IMG/VR virus record: IMGVR_UViG_3300025168_000072
Coordinates: 4,596-68,595 of that record
DNA: 64,000 bases
Strand: one strand, 5' to 3'
DNA from: a virus
Shown here: piece by piece, positions 38,367-48,070 of the stretch
How positions within the stretch are numbered: the first letter of the stretch is position 1
Layout of the letters: every line of letters begins with the position of its first letter
Notes under the pieces: generated by a model
What the model was told of the DNA's origin: nothing
Database searches by the model: none
What the model saw: only the letters and a program-made list of their open reading frames with translations
Made by a program: the position numbers and the translations under genes

Positions 38367-39425
38367 TCAACGCGTTCTCATATTTATGCGTCTAAGATAG
38401 GTAAAAGTAATCATGTGTGTGCATACTGTATCGTCATCATCTAATTTGTGGTCGAGGTCAAGAGAGTATTCGATAAGACTATCAGTAGTTCCGTTCAAAC
38501 CGGTGTTCTTATACACTTCGTCAAAAACTTCTCCGACAATGTTTAGTGCTGTCCGATACGCATTTTCATAATTTGTTCCTCTCGTAGTAACATACACAAC
38601 CGTTTGGTATTGTTGGTCTACACGACCGCCTCCAAGAGCCGCAAATGTCGGGGATGTTAAAGTCCTAAGCATGACATTGATGATGGGCGTGGAGAGCCTC
38701 ATAATCATGCTTTTAGAGACATCAAAGCCATACTTGATAGAAGAATTATCAACATGCGTTTTCAAATAGGTTTTTTGGCTGTTTTTTAGAAGGTCTACCG
38801 TAGACAAGGCCATTCTCAAAAGTGTGTTTGTTACGAAGTCGGATGGGGACAATTCATCGGGAGAAAAAACACCATGAGTAGAAACATACACCGAGCCAAA
38901 TTGAACATTACCGCTACTTGTGCCGAAGTTAATTTTTTTGCCTGTTCCGCTTGAGCCTGTTACCGAAAGATAATGCGTCGAACCGTCGTCGTCTTCGATA
39001 ATCTCACGCATGTATAACTTAGCATTACCTGATGCGTCAAGAGTTAATCTTAGCGTTAAAGGAACGGGGTTGTATTCGGCCATTAAAATATCCAAGTCGT
39101 CGCTTGTTGCTGTGGTTGCGCCAACCAATTTTATTTTATCGCCTGATGCTTGCACTTCGACATGGTAATCTCCGTTATCGAGAGACAACAGCACTTCGTT
39201 TGTGCTTGGTGTCGAGCCATATTTTATTACCGTAAAAATAGTGTAGTCCGATGTGGTGGGTGTGATATGATACTGTGCGTTTGTTACGGCCCAATATCCT
39301 GATGATGCCGATGCACCGCTACCGGTAGCCGAAAACACTTGGTTGTTTTCTGTGATTGTTGGTGATGTTGGGTTTTCACCGACCATGCGTGAAGTCCAAT
39401 ACTGTGATGTTGTTGCTATCGCCAT
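38367..39425 (-). CDS. Tail terminator-like protein with N-terminal beta-sandwich (lectin-like) domain
   Basis: C-terminal domain PIINV...YQTVVYVTTRG..AYRTALNIV is terminator-like; N-half is Ser/Thr beta-rich. Confidence 0.55.
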   Translation of the reverse strand: MAIATTSQYWTSRMVGENPTSPTITENNQVFSATGSGASASSGYWAVTNAQYHITPTTSDYTIFTVIKYGSTPSTNEVLLSLDNGDYHVEVQASGDKIKLVGATTATSDDLDILMAEYNPVPLTLRLTLDASGNAKLYMREIIEDDDGSTHYLSVTGSSGTGKKINFGTSSGNVQFGSVYVSTHGVFSPDELSPSDFVTNTLLRMALSTVDLLKNSQKTYLKTHVDNSSIKYGFDVSKSMIMRLSTPIINVMLRTLTSPTFAALGGGRVDQQYQTVVYVTTRGTNYENAYRTALNIVGEVFDEVYKNTGLNGTTDSLIEYSLDLDHKLDDDDTVCTHMITFTYLRRINMRTR

Positions 39426-40048
39426 TATGAAAACCTACCCTTTAACTCTCTATTAACATAACCGTTAATTCTGTTTCTAAAGTCTTGTTCAGCCGAAGCA
39501 ATGTAACCTAAAGCCGGAAAACCATAAGTGTAACTTTGACCGCCAACTGCCGGAATCCAAGCGGAACCGCCACCTTCCGAACCTATTTGACGACCCCTAA
39601 TATGTGCTGTGCCTTTACCGCCACCTTTCCAACGAAACATATGGGCTTGAACCCCGTCTTCTAAAGCGGCGGCAATAGGGTATGTTCCTCCTATATCATC
39701 GGGCGAAGTATGAACACCTTCTCCACCTAATGTTCCACCATGAACACTTGGCCCACGCGAACCAAACCTTGCTTCGGCATCAACCTCATGGCCTTTTACG
39801 CTTACCGAGTGTTCCGAATCGAGAGAGTGTCCTACTTTCTGTGCTTGTGGTGTATGAGAAGAAGCCGCATACAATTTATCTCTCGCTTTGAATTTGACTT
39901 GAGACATAGCCTTTCCGATAGCGTTTTTCATAGCGTGGGCGACATCATCTACGATGTCATCCATGAGTCTATTTAACTGCGTAACATCAACACTAACAGT
40001 CATGCCGTTTAGGGTCATGTCGTTAATTTTAATTTTGCGAGCCATCAA
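39425..40048 (-). CDS. Neck/tail completion protein (HK97 gp10-like)
   Basis: Position; helical N-terminus; YPIAAALEDG...PALGYI. Confidence 0.55.
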   Translation of the reverse strand: MMARKIKINDMTLNGMTVSVDVTQLNRLMDDIVDDVAHAMKNAIGKAMSQVKFKARDKLYAASSHTPQAQKVGHSLDSEHSVSVKGHEVDAEARFGSRGPSVHGGTLGGEGVHTSPDDIGGTYPIAAALEDGVQAHMFRWKGGGKGTAHIRGRQIGSEGGGSAWIPAVGGQSYTYGFPALGYIASAEQDFRNRINGYVNRELKGRFS

Positions 40049-40584
40049 TCAACACTCCCCAAGTGAGCGAGTCGCTTGAGGTTGTTTTCGCCTCTTTCGC
40101 GTAGTGGGCTACTGCGAAGCGACCCTTCGGTAGTGGTCGTTTGAAACATAGACTCGTCTTCAAAATAATAAGCGGCGGCTATGTCAGCACATATCTCTCT
40201 CAACACATGAGCGAACTCACCTTCTTGAACAGCCGTTCCGTCGGCGTGGTCGGCACTAACTCCGGTAACTCCGGTCAAGGTGTGTGTAGATTTACCGGTA
40301 TAGGAAAAAGAGTCGCCGTCAATATTACCTGAGCCGGATGACTCAAAGGATGAGCCGCTTGTTAAAACAATACTTGTAGCACCTGCGGCTACTGCACCGT
40401 TAAGGGTAGTTTCGCCAATCTCTCGGCTTGGTGCGCTACGGCCATAATCACGAAACTCTTGGTCTATGTCAATCGTAGCACGACGGATAGCGTTTGTCAA
40501 TCGCGAGGATGCTCTTGTTCGCTGTGCGCTGTCAAGACCAAGCCTTGAACCGACATCGGATGTAGTGCAATAATATGCCATCAC
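40045..40584 (-). CDS. Head-tail adaptor/connector with beta insert
   Basis: MAYYCTTSDV...AIRRATIDID...LREICADIAA. Confidence 0.7.
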   Translation of the reverse strand: MMAYYCTTSDVGSRLGLDSAQRTRASSRLTNAIRRATIDIDQEFRDYGRSAPSREIGETTLNGAVAAGATSIVLTSGSSFESSGSGNIDGDSFSYTGKSTHTLTGVTGVSADHADGTAVQEGEFAHVLREICADIAAAYYFEDESMFQTTTTEGSLRSSPLRERGENNLKRLAHLGSVD

Positions 40585-40736
40585 ATAACCCCCTGAACAT
40601 CAACACCAAAGGAAGCGAACAGGGCGATAGCGGCGTATTTAATGTATTTAGCCATAGTGGATAACTCAAGAACTGCTTGTTCAAGCAAACGAACTCGGTC
40701 GTCTAATTCATCGAGTCTGTCATCATTCCTCGGCAT
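40581..40736 (-). CDS. Coiled-coil plus C-terminal TM microprotein (possible lysis factor), 51 aa
   Basis: Hand-translated MPRNDDRLDELDDRVRLLEQ...YAAIALFASFGV. Confidence 0.55.
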   Translation of the reverse strand: MPRNDDRLDELDDRVRLLEQAVLELSTMAKYIKYAAIALFASFGVDVQGVM

Positions 40737-41034
40737 CTTCAATCACCTTTTTTGCTTCTTCAAGTCGAGAGATGAGGTCGGCCTTTGTTCCATCGACTGC
40801 GAGGCCGTTGTCGTTGGCAAGTGCAATCAATTCAGCCTTTTTCATTTTCTTGATAGAGGATAGTGAGGGTAAATCTTTAACAATATCTTTTAGGTCTTCG
40901 GCCAACTCAAGGACTTCATCGAGTGTAATTTTGCCATCGGCCATCAATTTTTTGTATGCTTTGTAACCGGCCAAACCAAGACCGACTGCAATAGCCGCAA
41001 GTAGTATAATCATTTCTACATCCATATTTCTCAT
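40723..41034 (-). CDS. Membrane-anchored protein with SAP/HeH domain
   Basis: N-terminal TM IILLAAIAVGLGLAGY; DGKITLDE; KMKKAELIALANDNGLAVDGTKADLISRL. Confidence 0.75.
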   Translation of the reverse strand: MRNMDVEMIILLAAIAVGLGLAGYKAYKKLMADGKITLDEVLELAEDLKDIVKDLPSLSSIKKMKKAELIALANDNGLAVDGTKADLISRLEEAKKVIEDAEE

Positions 41035-41204
41035 TCCTTTTGGTATAACACTTCTTTAACTGCGCTATGGGGTATAACGGTAAAGGGTCTGTTTTCACCA
41101 ACCCTATAAATCTTGTAGCCATGAGGTGTCTCTTCAATGTTTACATTTGTGTAACATCGTTCAGGCGGTTGATATACTATTTTTCCCTTTCTTTTTTGTG
41201 TCAT
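41031..41204 (-). CDS. Small hypothetical protein, 57 aa
   Basis: Hand-translated MTQKRKGKIVYQPPERCY...; coupled. Confidence 0.55.
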   Translation of the reverse strand: MTQKRKGKIVYQPPERCYTNVNIEETPHGYKIYRVGENRPFTVIPHSAVKEVLYQKE

Positions 41205-41206
41205 AA

Positions 41207-41380
41207 TTAACTCTCCAAAAACGCTTTTATTTCATCCGAACTCCAAACAGGCAATCCCGAAGGCCAATTTGAGCCTAAATGATATTGCCCCCTAAAGTAA
41301 TTGAAGCAGGTATCGTCATCCATAAACGACCAATCTTCATCGGGGAATGTTGTTTCTAATTTTTCTTTTACTGTTGGCAT
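41207..41380 (-). CDS. Small hypothetical protein (possible fibre chaperone), 57 aa
   Basis: Hand-translated MPTVKEKLETTFPDEDWSF...; directly follows the fibre gene. Confidence 0.5.
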   Translation of the reverse strand: MPTVKEKLETTFPDEDWSFMDDDTCFNYFRGQYHLGSNWPSGLPVWSSDEIKAFLES

Positions 41381-43386
41381 CACGCATCACCTAATCTAAT
41401 TACTTTTACTGATGTTCGGTAGTCGTTATATGCGGCAAGGTAATACCCACACCCATTAAGATAAGCGGAAAAGTAAATGTCTACTGCCGAACCGCCGGTT
41501 CTAATTTTTGCTGTTGTTTGGTGATTGTATTTTACATTTATACCGTTTATTCTAATAACTTTTCTTGTTGTAGCATATCGTCTGTCGCCACTATTGTTTG
41601 TTGATATTTCAATAAAGGAATCAATGTTGGCGGCACTTGTTCCGTGTCCGAAAATATCAGTCGAAAACCACACATCGTAAATACCATTAGCGGCTAAAGT
41701 AAGGTAGCCGTCGCTGTCTAAAACAATACTTGTATGGTCGCTTGCTGTGGTGGCCGCAGTCCAAAAACTTGTATCGGCTAAATCCGCAACCCATCTTGTA
41801 TTACTGTTAAAGTCATTGCTTGAGGATGTCGAAGGGTTGTGATTAACCATGCGGTATTCAGCGAACTCCAAAAGGTCAAGTGCGTTTAACTTGGTGTGGT
41901 CGTCATCAGTAAATACATTTGAATCAGTTGCGGCTTCAACAGCCGCCCTTACTTCGGCATTACTTAATTGAGTATTAGTGTCGGCGTGGTTACTTGCATG
42001 TATTGTCCCTGCGCTTGCACCGGCCCAATCAACATGCTCCGCCGCTACAAAATTGTTTAGCGAGTCGTGGTCTATTTCACCGGGAACAGCAACGGCTGTA
42101 ATTGTAGTGCCACTGTTTGTTACACCGACACCATTAGCACCCAACAAAGAAAAATCCGCCGAACCTCCTGTATCTTCGGCCTTAGAACCACCGCCACTAT
42201 CAGTAGTTATTGTTACTCCGGTTATGTCTCCTGAACCACCACCACCGGCTATTGCACTACCGGAGGTTAAGGCAATATCGTTTCCGGCATCGTTTGTAAA
42301 ATAAAGAGAATTGGGGGCATCGTTTTTTACCCAAAGCAAACCTTTGGTTGCGGCTGTTGTGTGTCCTGTTGCACCGATGTTTGCGGCTTCGTCAATGATA
42401 AGACCGTCTACGGTAAGGTTTTCTACTTTAGGAACGGGGCCGACTGCATATTTAGGGCTTCTGTAAAGTCCGTTACTAAGTTGAGAGTAAGACCAAGACC
42501 CCCTAATTTTAGGCGGTAAAGTAGTTCTTATCTCGGAACCCTGTTGGTCTGTTCCTTGTGGCCCAATCATCATGCACCCATCTTGTATTTCTAATTCATC
42601 ACAAGTAAGAATGCTGTTATCAGCGACCGTTATTTTATGACCTGCTGTTCCGGCTTTCAAAACCACCTTTCGATAAACCGGTGTAAAAGTGGCTGTTTTT
42701 ACCGGTAAAGCAAAACCTGAACCCGAACCTGCCAAAAACTCAAAAGTAGATTCTCCGGCATCGAAACCGGTAATACTACAAGTAAAAGCCGTAAAGTCAA
42801 AAATCTTTTTTCTATCATTTGCGTCTACTGCGGCTAATGGTGCAAAGGATGTTACCGTATCACCAATAGTAAAAGCAGTAAAAGATGCTTTACCGCTTGT
42901 TCCTGTGGGCGTTTCATAATCAGGCCCGTATGTTCCATCCGCAAGAACTACTGTTGGGTGTTGGCCGTCATCGAATTTCACTCCGGTTCCACTCATTGTA
43001 AAAAGTAAACCTGTTATTACTGCGTTATCACCAATTAAAACATACCTACTATTGTATGTTTTGTAAGCACCAAACCCACCATAAAAAATAATTTCCGTAG
43101 TGCTACCTGCAACAATAGTTCCGTTAGCAAAAAGACCTTTTACTCTTATTTTAGTGTTTAAAGTAATTGTTCTATTACTACCACCTGTGGCAAATGTAGA
43201 TTCGACAATGAGTTCATCAACACTCAAGGTATTTCCACCCGGAGTTGCTATGTCCCAAACACAATTAGCAGTAGCATTGTTGTCAAAAAGTGCTACATCA
43301 CCTGCGGCGGGTTTTGTTCCACCTTGCCAATTAGCGTCTGTGTTAGCACTTGTGCTTGAACCGCCAATCCATGTGATAGTTGCCAT
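41380..43386 (-). CDS. Fibre/adhesin-like virion protein
   Basis: Gly/Thr/Ala-rich; ANWQGGTKPAAGDVALFD beta-helix-like start; C-terminal jelly-roll-like domain. Confidence 0.65.
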   Translation of the reverse strand: MATITWIGGSSTSANTDANWQGGTKPAAGDVALFDNNATANCVWDIATPGGNTLSVDELIVESTFATGGSNRTITLNTKIRVKGLFANGTIVAGSTTEIIFYGGFGAYKTYNSRYVLIGDNAVITGLLFTMSGTGVKFDDGQHPTVVLADGTYGPDYETPTGTSGKASFTAFTIGDTVTSFAPLAAVDANDRKKIFDFTAFTCSITGFDAGESTFEFLAGSGSGFALPVKTATFTPVYRKVVLKAGTAGHKITVADNSILTCDELEIQDGCMMIGPQGTDQQGSEIRTTLPPKIRGSWSYSQLSNGLYRSPKYAVGPVPKVENLTVDGLIIDEAANIGATGHTTAATKGLLWVKNDAPNSLYFTNDAGNDIALTSGSAIAGGGGSGDITGVTITTDSGGGSKAEDTGGSADFSLLGANGVGVTNSGTTITAVAVPGEIDHDSLNNFVAAEHVDWAGASAGTIHASNHADTNTQLSNAEVRAAVEAATDSNVFTDDDHTKLNALDLLEFAEYRMVNHNPSTSSSNDFNSNTRWVADLADTSFWTAATTASDHTSIVLDSDGYLTLAANGIYDVWFSTDIFGHGTSAANIDSFIEISTNNSGDRRYATTRKVIRINGINVKYNHQTTAKIRTGGSAVDIYFSAYLNGCGYYLAAYNDYRTSVKVIRLGDA

Positions 43387-43387
43387 A

Positions 43388-43801
43388 TTACTCACTTTGC
43401 ATTGTCTTAGTGGATTTTAGTTTAGACAAAACCGCCATCCCACCTTTTTCTTGAACAACAGCAAGCATTTCTTCGGCTCTTTTACTAAACGAGTTAAGTT
43501 GAGCCGCAAAACGAATGTCTTGTTCTTTCTTTTCGCTATCTCTTACATATGAAGGGGATGTGTCAATAAGAACCTGTAAACAATCTACGCATACAAGTGC
43601 TTTTATTGCCGATTCTTTTTGAGCCGTTGATACAGCGTTTGTTGAATCGGCGGCTAATCCAGAAGAAGTAGTTTTACGGGAAGTTTTAGTAACTTGTTCA
43701 GTTCTAATCGTAATGTATTCGGTAATGGTGGCTTCATTCAAACCTCTCGGTCTGTTAAGCAAATCGCGTATGTTGTCCGTAGTAACCGCCATTTCACTCA
43801 C
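43388..43801 (-). CDS. Head completion/adaptor-like protein
   Basis: MAVTTDNIRDLL...ITEYI; position after the capsid genes. Confidence 0.55.
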   Translation of the reverse strand: MSEMAVTTDNIRDLLNRPRGLNEATITEYITIRTEQVTKTSRKTTSSGLAADSTNAVSTAQKESAIKALVCVDCLQVLIDTSPSYVRDSEKKEQDIRFAAQLNSFSKRAEEMLAVVQEKGGMAVLSKLKSTKTMQSE

Positions 43802-44144
43802 CTAATGGTTGTGATACAGGCCACCTATCGTTATAATCTTTCGGCACATCAATTGCTTGTGTTCCATTAGGGGGTGTGGCTGAACGACCCATGACAAATA
43901 CTAATTTTGTTTTAACAATATCATGTGCCATTTTACTATCGGGCAACCAATAAGTATTATTGTCGGGCAAAAGAGTTGCCGGAGAAAGAGGTTTTCTTGA
44001 TGTGGGTTTTGCTAAACGAAGCAACCAACCTGTGCCGGATAACCAATGGTTATCTCTATGACGCAAATCTACAATTTTTGCATTTTCAGGAATAGGTATT
44101 CCTTTTTGCTTTAGTGATTTTACAAGTTTAGCCTTTTCGCTCAT
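43794..44144 (-). CDS. Hypothetical protein
   Basis: Coupled ORF in the head operon. Confidence 0.65.
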   Translation of the reverse strand: MSEKAKLVKSLKQKGIPIPENAKIVDLRHRDNHWLSGTGWLLRLAKPTSRKPLSPATLLPDNNTYWLPDSKMAHDIVKTKLVFVMGRSATPPNGTQAIDVPKDYNDRWPVSQPLGE

Positions 44145-44293
44145 TCAACAACCTTCTTACTTTTCTTTGCTTTAGGCTTTGCTTTAGCCTTACTCTTACT
44201 TTTTGTTGGAGGGATAACATCATAGTTACCCTCGGCGTTTAGACGATAGACTGTGCCATCGGCTTCAGTCCACTCTTTGAGTTGCTCACTCAT
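44141..44293 (-). CDS. Lys-rich microprotein, 50 aa
   Basis: MSEQLKEWTEADGTVY...KSKSKAKAKPKAKKSKK; GAGGTGA RBS. Confidence 0.6.
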   Translation of the reverse strand: MSEQLKEWTEADGTVYRLNAEGNYDVIPPTKSKSKAKAKPKAKKSKKVVE

Positions 44294-44304
44294 GGTTAAT
44301 CACC

Positions 44305-44820
44305 TCAAACAATTGCTTCGTGGAAAGTAATATAAACATCACAAGCACCGGCTGTAATAGCGGCGGTTCCGATAGTAAGCAAAAGGCTGTGCGCCCCTGC
44401 TAAACCAATTGCGGCTCCACCCATAGTAGCGCAGTTTTCCCAACCAACGGTTGCGACGGTAAGTGCGGCATCGTTAAAAGCAGTAGCGGCCATAATACCG
44501 GCGGCTGTTCCTGTATACCCAAGAGCGATTGTTGCGCTTCCATCGGATGTAAATGCTTGAGTTGGGACTACCAAAAACGATTTGATAAAGGTTCCGGCAA
44601 CAAGTGTTTGTGCTGTTCCGTCAGGAGCAGTTAGAGTTTTAGCACCGGCAGTCTTTGAAGCACCGTCGTAAGAAAACTTTAGGGTCTTTTCGATAGTTGT
44701 AGCAGTTTTAGCATCTGTTACTGCATCATCGGCTAAGTCGGCAGTAGCAATACCACCTGCGGCGACATACTTTGTTTCTACAAAGTCTTGGAATTTACGG
44801 TTTTGAGCCAAATAAATCAC
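44305..44820 (-). CDS. Capsid decoration/spike-like protein
   Basis: Ala/Thr/Gly-rich beta protein directly after the MCP gene. Confidence 0.6.
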   Translation of the reverse strand: MIYLAQNRKFQDFVETKYVAAGGIATADLADDAVTDAKTATTIEKTLKFSYDGASKTAGAKTLTAPDGTAQTLVAGTFIKSFLVVPTQAFTSDGSATIALGYTGTAAGIMAATAFNDAALTVATVGWENCATMGGAAIGLAGAHSLLLTIGTAAITAGACDVYITFHEAIV

Positions 44821-44821
44821 C

Positions 44822-45757
44822 TCAAATTACGCCTGTAATCTTAGCAATTCTGTTTGAGAGTCCAGCCGAAGCACCGTCTTGATGTTGGTGAACGACAGCA
44901 CCCATGTAGCCGGTCAAGAGCCAATCAAAGCCGACTCCCGGTAGACGAGTAAGTTCGGTTTCTTGATAACCTGCACCGTTGTAAGTAAAGAACTCGGCAG
45001 TCTCGGAACCCGGTATCATAAGAACCGCGTCGTCTTCGATAGCACCAACAGTATTACCTGAAAGAAGAGTCTTACCACCTGTGTAATCACGGGTGTAGTA
45101 AACAGTCATCTTTGCGATTCGAGCCATGTGGTCTTGAAGGGATTCAACAACATTTCCGTAGAGTTGAGTGTTGAGCAAAGCACTTCGAGCCGAAGCAGGT
45201 AGAACGAGAGCCATTGCTTCGTCTCCTGAAACACGGGCGTTAGCGAAGACCTTATCCATAGTGTTGAGGATGTCGGATTCTTCGTCAGCAGTAGCCGCAC
45301 CAAATGTTGCGGTAGCGGCTTGACTTTGACCTGCGCCTTCGTGAAGTTTGTTTAGGATGAGGTTGTCGATAACATCAGCACGACCTCGGACAATAGCCAT
45401 TTGTTGTCGGTCAATGTTTTCAAAGGATTCGCCCCGAAGTCGAACTGTGTCAAGGAAGACACATCGGCCTTGTCCTTTTTCGAGTTTGACTGTGTAGTTG
45501 CTTGTTCCAATCTTGGTTGGGTCGGTTGTAGCCGAATCATCCAAAGGATAACTGAATGTTCCTTCAACGCCGGTATACCACTTGAACTCAAGCCAAGGGA
45601 CTGTTCGTGCGCCAACAAGTTGTGTTCCAATAGCCAAGCGTCGGCTTTGGAGTTGGATAAAGTCTCGGAGGGTTTGTTGAAGAACTTCGTCTCCGGTTCC
45701 GAATGGCCCTGCGGCCGCGCCTACTGATAGTATTTCTTCTAATGATTTGTTTGCCAT
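44822..45757 (-). CDS. Major capsid protein (HK97 fold)
   Basis: About 311 aa; position after protease and decoration genes; E-loop-like segment and C-terminal IAKITGV. Confidence 0.82.
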   Translation of the reverse strand: MANKSLEEILSVGAAAGPFGTGDEVLQQTLRDFIQLQSRRLAIGTQLVGARTVPWLEFKWYTGVEGTFSYPLDDSATTDPTKIGTSNYTVKLEKGQGRCVFLDTVRLRGESFENIDRQQMAIVRGRADVIDNLILNKLHEGAGQSQAATATFGAATADEESDILNTMDKVFANARVSGDEAMALVLPASARSALLNTQLYGNVVESLQDHMARIAKMTVYYTRDYTGGKTLLSGNTVGAIEDDAVLMIPGSETAEFFTYNGAGYQETELTRLPGVGFDWLLTGYMGAVVHQHQDGASAGLSNRIAKITGVI

Positions 45758-45792
45758 GATATTCACTTCCATATTTTTTTTGTTATTCATGC

Positions 45793-46218
45793 TCAAGCGA
45801 GAGCGACCCCACTAAGTAGAACAGGAACCATGTCTCCGTTGTCGGATGATGTAATTTCACCTTCACCGACATAGATTCCGATTTTCTTGTCGGAAGAGTC
45901 TTGTGAGTCAAGAAGTAGTCCAGCCGCACCTGCATAAACAGGGAGTCCGAAGGTGTATGTTTGAGAAGCCTTGGATTGAACCATTTGCACACCAACAAGA
46001 GGGAGGAAAGAAACGGTTGCACCGGTTGTCTCAAATGCTTGGTCGGCATCACGGGATGATTCACCGGCTGTAATACCGATAGGAACGACTGCGCCACCCG
46101 GATGGATTTTAGCATTGTTGGTTGTTCCGTCGTTTGTCAAAATAAGACCGACACCTGCAAAAGTTTCAGCGTCTTTCAATGTAATGCTTCGTGGGTCTAC
46201 TGCGTTAAATGCTACCAT
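45793..46218 (-). CDS. Capsid cement/decoration protein
   Basis: PIGIT...FGLPVYAGAAGLL...IGIY; lies between scaffold and MCP. Confidence 0.65.
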   Translation of the reverse strand: MVAFNAVDPRSITLKDAETFAGVGLILTNDGTTNNAKIHPGGAVVPIGITAGESSRDADQAFETTGATVSFLPLVGVQMVQSKASQTYTFGLPVYAGAAGLLLDSQDSSDKKIGIYVGEGEITSSDNGDMVPVLLSGVALA

Positions 46219-46219
46219 C

Positions 46220-46708
46220 TTAGTTCATCTCCTTTAGTTCGCTGTATTTAGGGGCGCGAATGCGATTGTCGGATGATTCTTGACCCGACAAGGTTCCGTT
46301 CCATGTTGAAGCCCATGCGTTCCATGCTTGAGCATAAACGCCTTCAGGGGTTTCGACCACTTTACCGTTTAGGTAATTGGCGACAACAGGTTCGGAGGTT
46401 TTTGCTTCTTCGGATGCAATAGCAGGTTCGGAAGCAGGTTCGGCAGGGGCCAAAACCTTTTCTTCAACAACAGGTCGGGATGATTCCCAAGATGCGATTA
46501 AAGATGTGATAGTGTCAGTTGAAAGGTCTTCATGTCCTTTTAGGCCGAGTTCGCTTGCTTTAGCAACAAGTCCACTTCGGATTTCTTCTGCTTTAGCGGC
46601 TTCGTTAGCCTTAAATTGTTCGATTTCAGCGCGAGCCAAAACCAATTCAGCCTGAATTGATTCCATCTCGGAGGCGAGGATTGTTTCTTCTTGGGTTTCT
46701 TCACTCAT
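46220..46708 (-). CDS. Nested in-frame scaffold protein, 162 aa
   Basis: Internal ATG (MSEETQEE) with GGTGA RBS and an upstream CCTTTATAGG TATA-like box. Confidence 0.6.
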   Translation of the reverse strand: MSEETQEETILASEMESIQAELVLARAEIEQFKANEAAKAEEIRSGLVAKASELGLKGHEDLSTDTITSLIASWESSRPVVEEKVLAPAEPASEPAIASEEAKTSEPVVANYLNGKVVETPEGVYAQAWNAWASTWNGTLSGQESSDNRIRAPKYSELKEMN

Positions 46709-48070
46709 TGGATTCACCGTTGGTTGATTCTCACCACTTAACGATTGACCTATAAAGGTTGGTGATGACGATGCTACTTCGTTATTTTTGTCTAAACGCT
46801 TTACCTCTTCGATATTTGCACGATTATAGGCCGGTTTATGCACAATAGCCAAGTGGTCGAAAGTAAAGTCCATGTCAAATACCATGCCGTCTTTATCGGC
46901 CTTAACAGGAACGCCGTAGCCGCCGATAGATACTCCATATTCGGGCTTTAACCACAAACCTGATTCAAGAGCCTCAAACAATTCAGCCCTAAGAACATGA
47001 GCAACATATCGCACTTCATACTTATTATCGCCTATGTCGTTAATTGTTGCCGAAGTTACTAATCCGACATTTGCTTCGTTTACGCCACCGTCAGTATTAC
47101 GGTCAAAACCAACATCCTTTGCTTTAGGATGATTTAGTGTAAGGTCAGCACCGAACATTTGTTCTACTGCGTTTTCCGCCCCTCTACGAGTTAAAGACCA
47201 ATTGTTTTTGTTGAAACCTTCGTGAAATGCTATTCCTTTTATCTCAATAATACTTTGGCCGGTGGATGCTTCTACTTTAGCGAAAATACTATCTACGGAT
47301 ATTTCCATAGTAACATTAACGGGTTGGCAAACACCTGCAACCAATTCTTCACCAATAGGACAAGAACAATTTTCGGATGCAATATTATCTCGCTTTAAGA
47401 CTCTACCATAACTTGCGTCTTTTTCTTTTTCTTTGTCGTAAGAAGCGTCTTCAGGGAACTCATGCCCTTCGTGTGCCGACATACAATCTTCGGATGAATT
47501 ACCCATTTGTTCACAGCGAGTCATAAACTTACTATGTGTTTCACCGTCTTCAGGAGAAGGTAGTGCGGCTTTTTTTGTTTTCATAGGAACACAATTAGGA
47601 ACTTTACGACCGTTTTTCATTTTCATACCGTATTGTTCCCAACCGGCTTCGCAAGGGTCGTCATCATCTTTTGCTTCCGCATGGTCGGAACAATCATCAC
47701 AACAAGCCTCTACTATTTCTTCAATGTTAGCAAATATAGGTTGTTCTTCGTTTTCCATCCACTCTTCATGTAATGAAGCCTCTACTTTCTTTCCACCACG
47801 CCATTGTCTACAAGACCAATAACCGGGTGTGGTTCTGTCTTTCTTTTCGGAACAATTATGGCGGTCGCGGAAAGCCTTACGCCTTTTAGGGTCATCACGC
47901 TTAATCTCCATGTTGGGGTCGCCAAAGCGCACGATAACTACTCTACCTGCACTGTTTTGAACATAAACAGCAAATTTCTTTTTACCGCCTGATGTGCGAA
48001 AAGGTTTGTTAAGTGTAACCTTTTTACCTTTGTATTCGGCGGCAACGGCAGGTAAATTGTCGTCATCCAT
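46220..48070 (-). CDS. Prohead protease-scaffold fusion with N-terminal accessory domains
   Basis: GIAFHEGFNKN, LNHP, VSIGG and DHLAIVHKPAY protease motifs; acidic coiled-coil C-terminus. Confidence 0.85.
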   Translation of the reverse strand: MDDDNLPAVAAEYKGKKVTLNKPFRTSGGKKKFAVYVQNSAGRVVIVRFGDPNMEIKRDDPKRRKAFRDRHNCSEKKDRTTPGYWSCRQWRGGKKVEASLHEEWMENEEQPIFANIEEIVEACCDDCSDHAEAKDDDDPCEAGWEQYGMKMKNGRKVPNCVPMKTKKAALPSPEDGETHSKFMTRCEQMGNSSEDCMSAHEGHEFPEDASYDKEKEKDASYGRVLKRDNIASENCSCPIGEELVAGVCQPVNVTMEISVDSIFAKVEASTGQSIIEIKGIAFHEGFNKNNWSLTRRGAENAVEQMFGADLTLNHPKAKDVGFDRNTDGGVNEANVGLVTSATINDIGDNKYEVRYVAHVLRAELFEALESGLWLKPEYGVSIGGYGVPVKADKDGMVFDMDFTFDHLAIVHKPAYNRANIEEVKRLDKNNEVASSSPTFIGQSLSGENQPTVNPMSEETQEETILASEMESIQAELVLARAEIEQFKANEAAKAEEIRSGLVAKASELGLKGHEDLSTDTITSLIASWESSRPVVEEKVLAPAEPASEPAIASEEAKTSEPVVANYLNGKVVETPEGVYAQAWNAWASTWNGTLSGQESSDNRIRAPKYSELKEMN

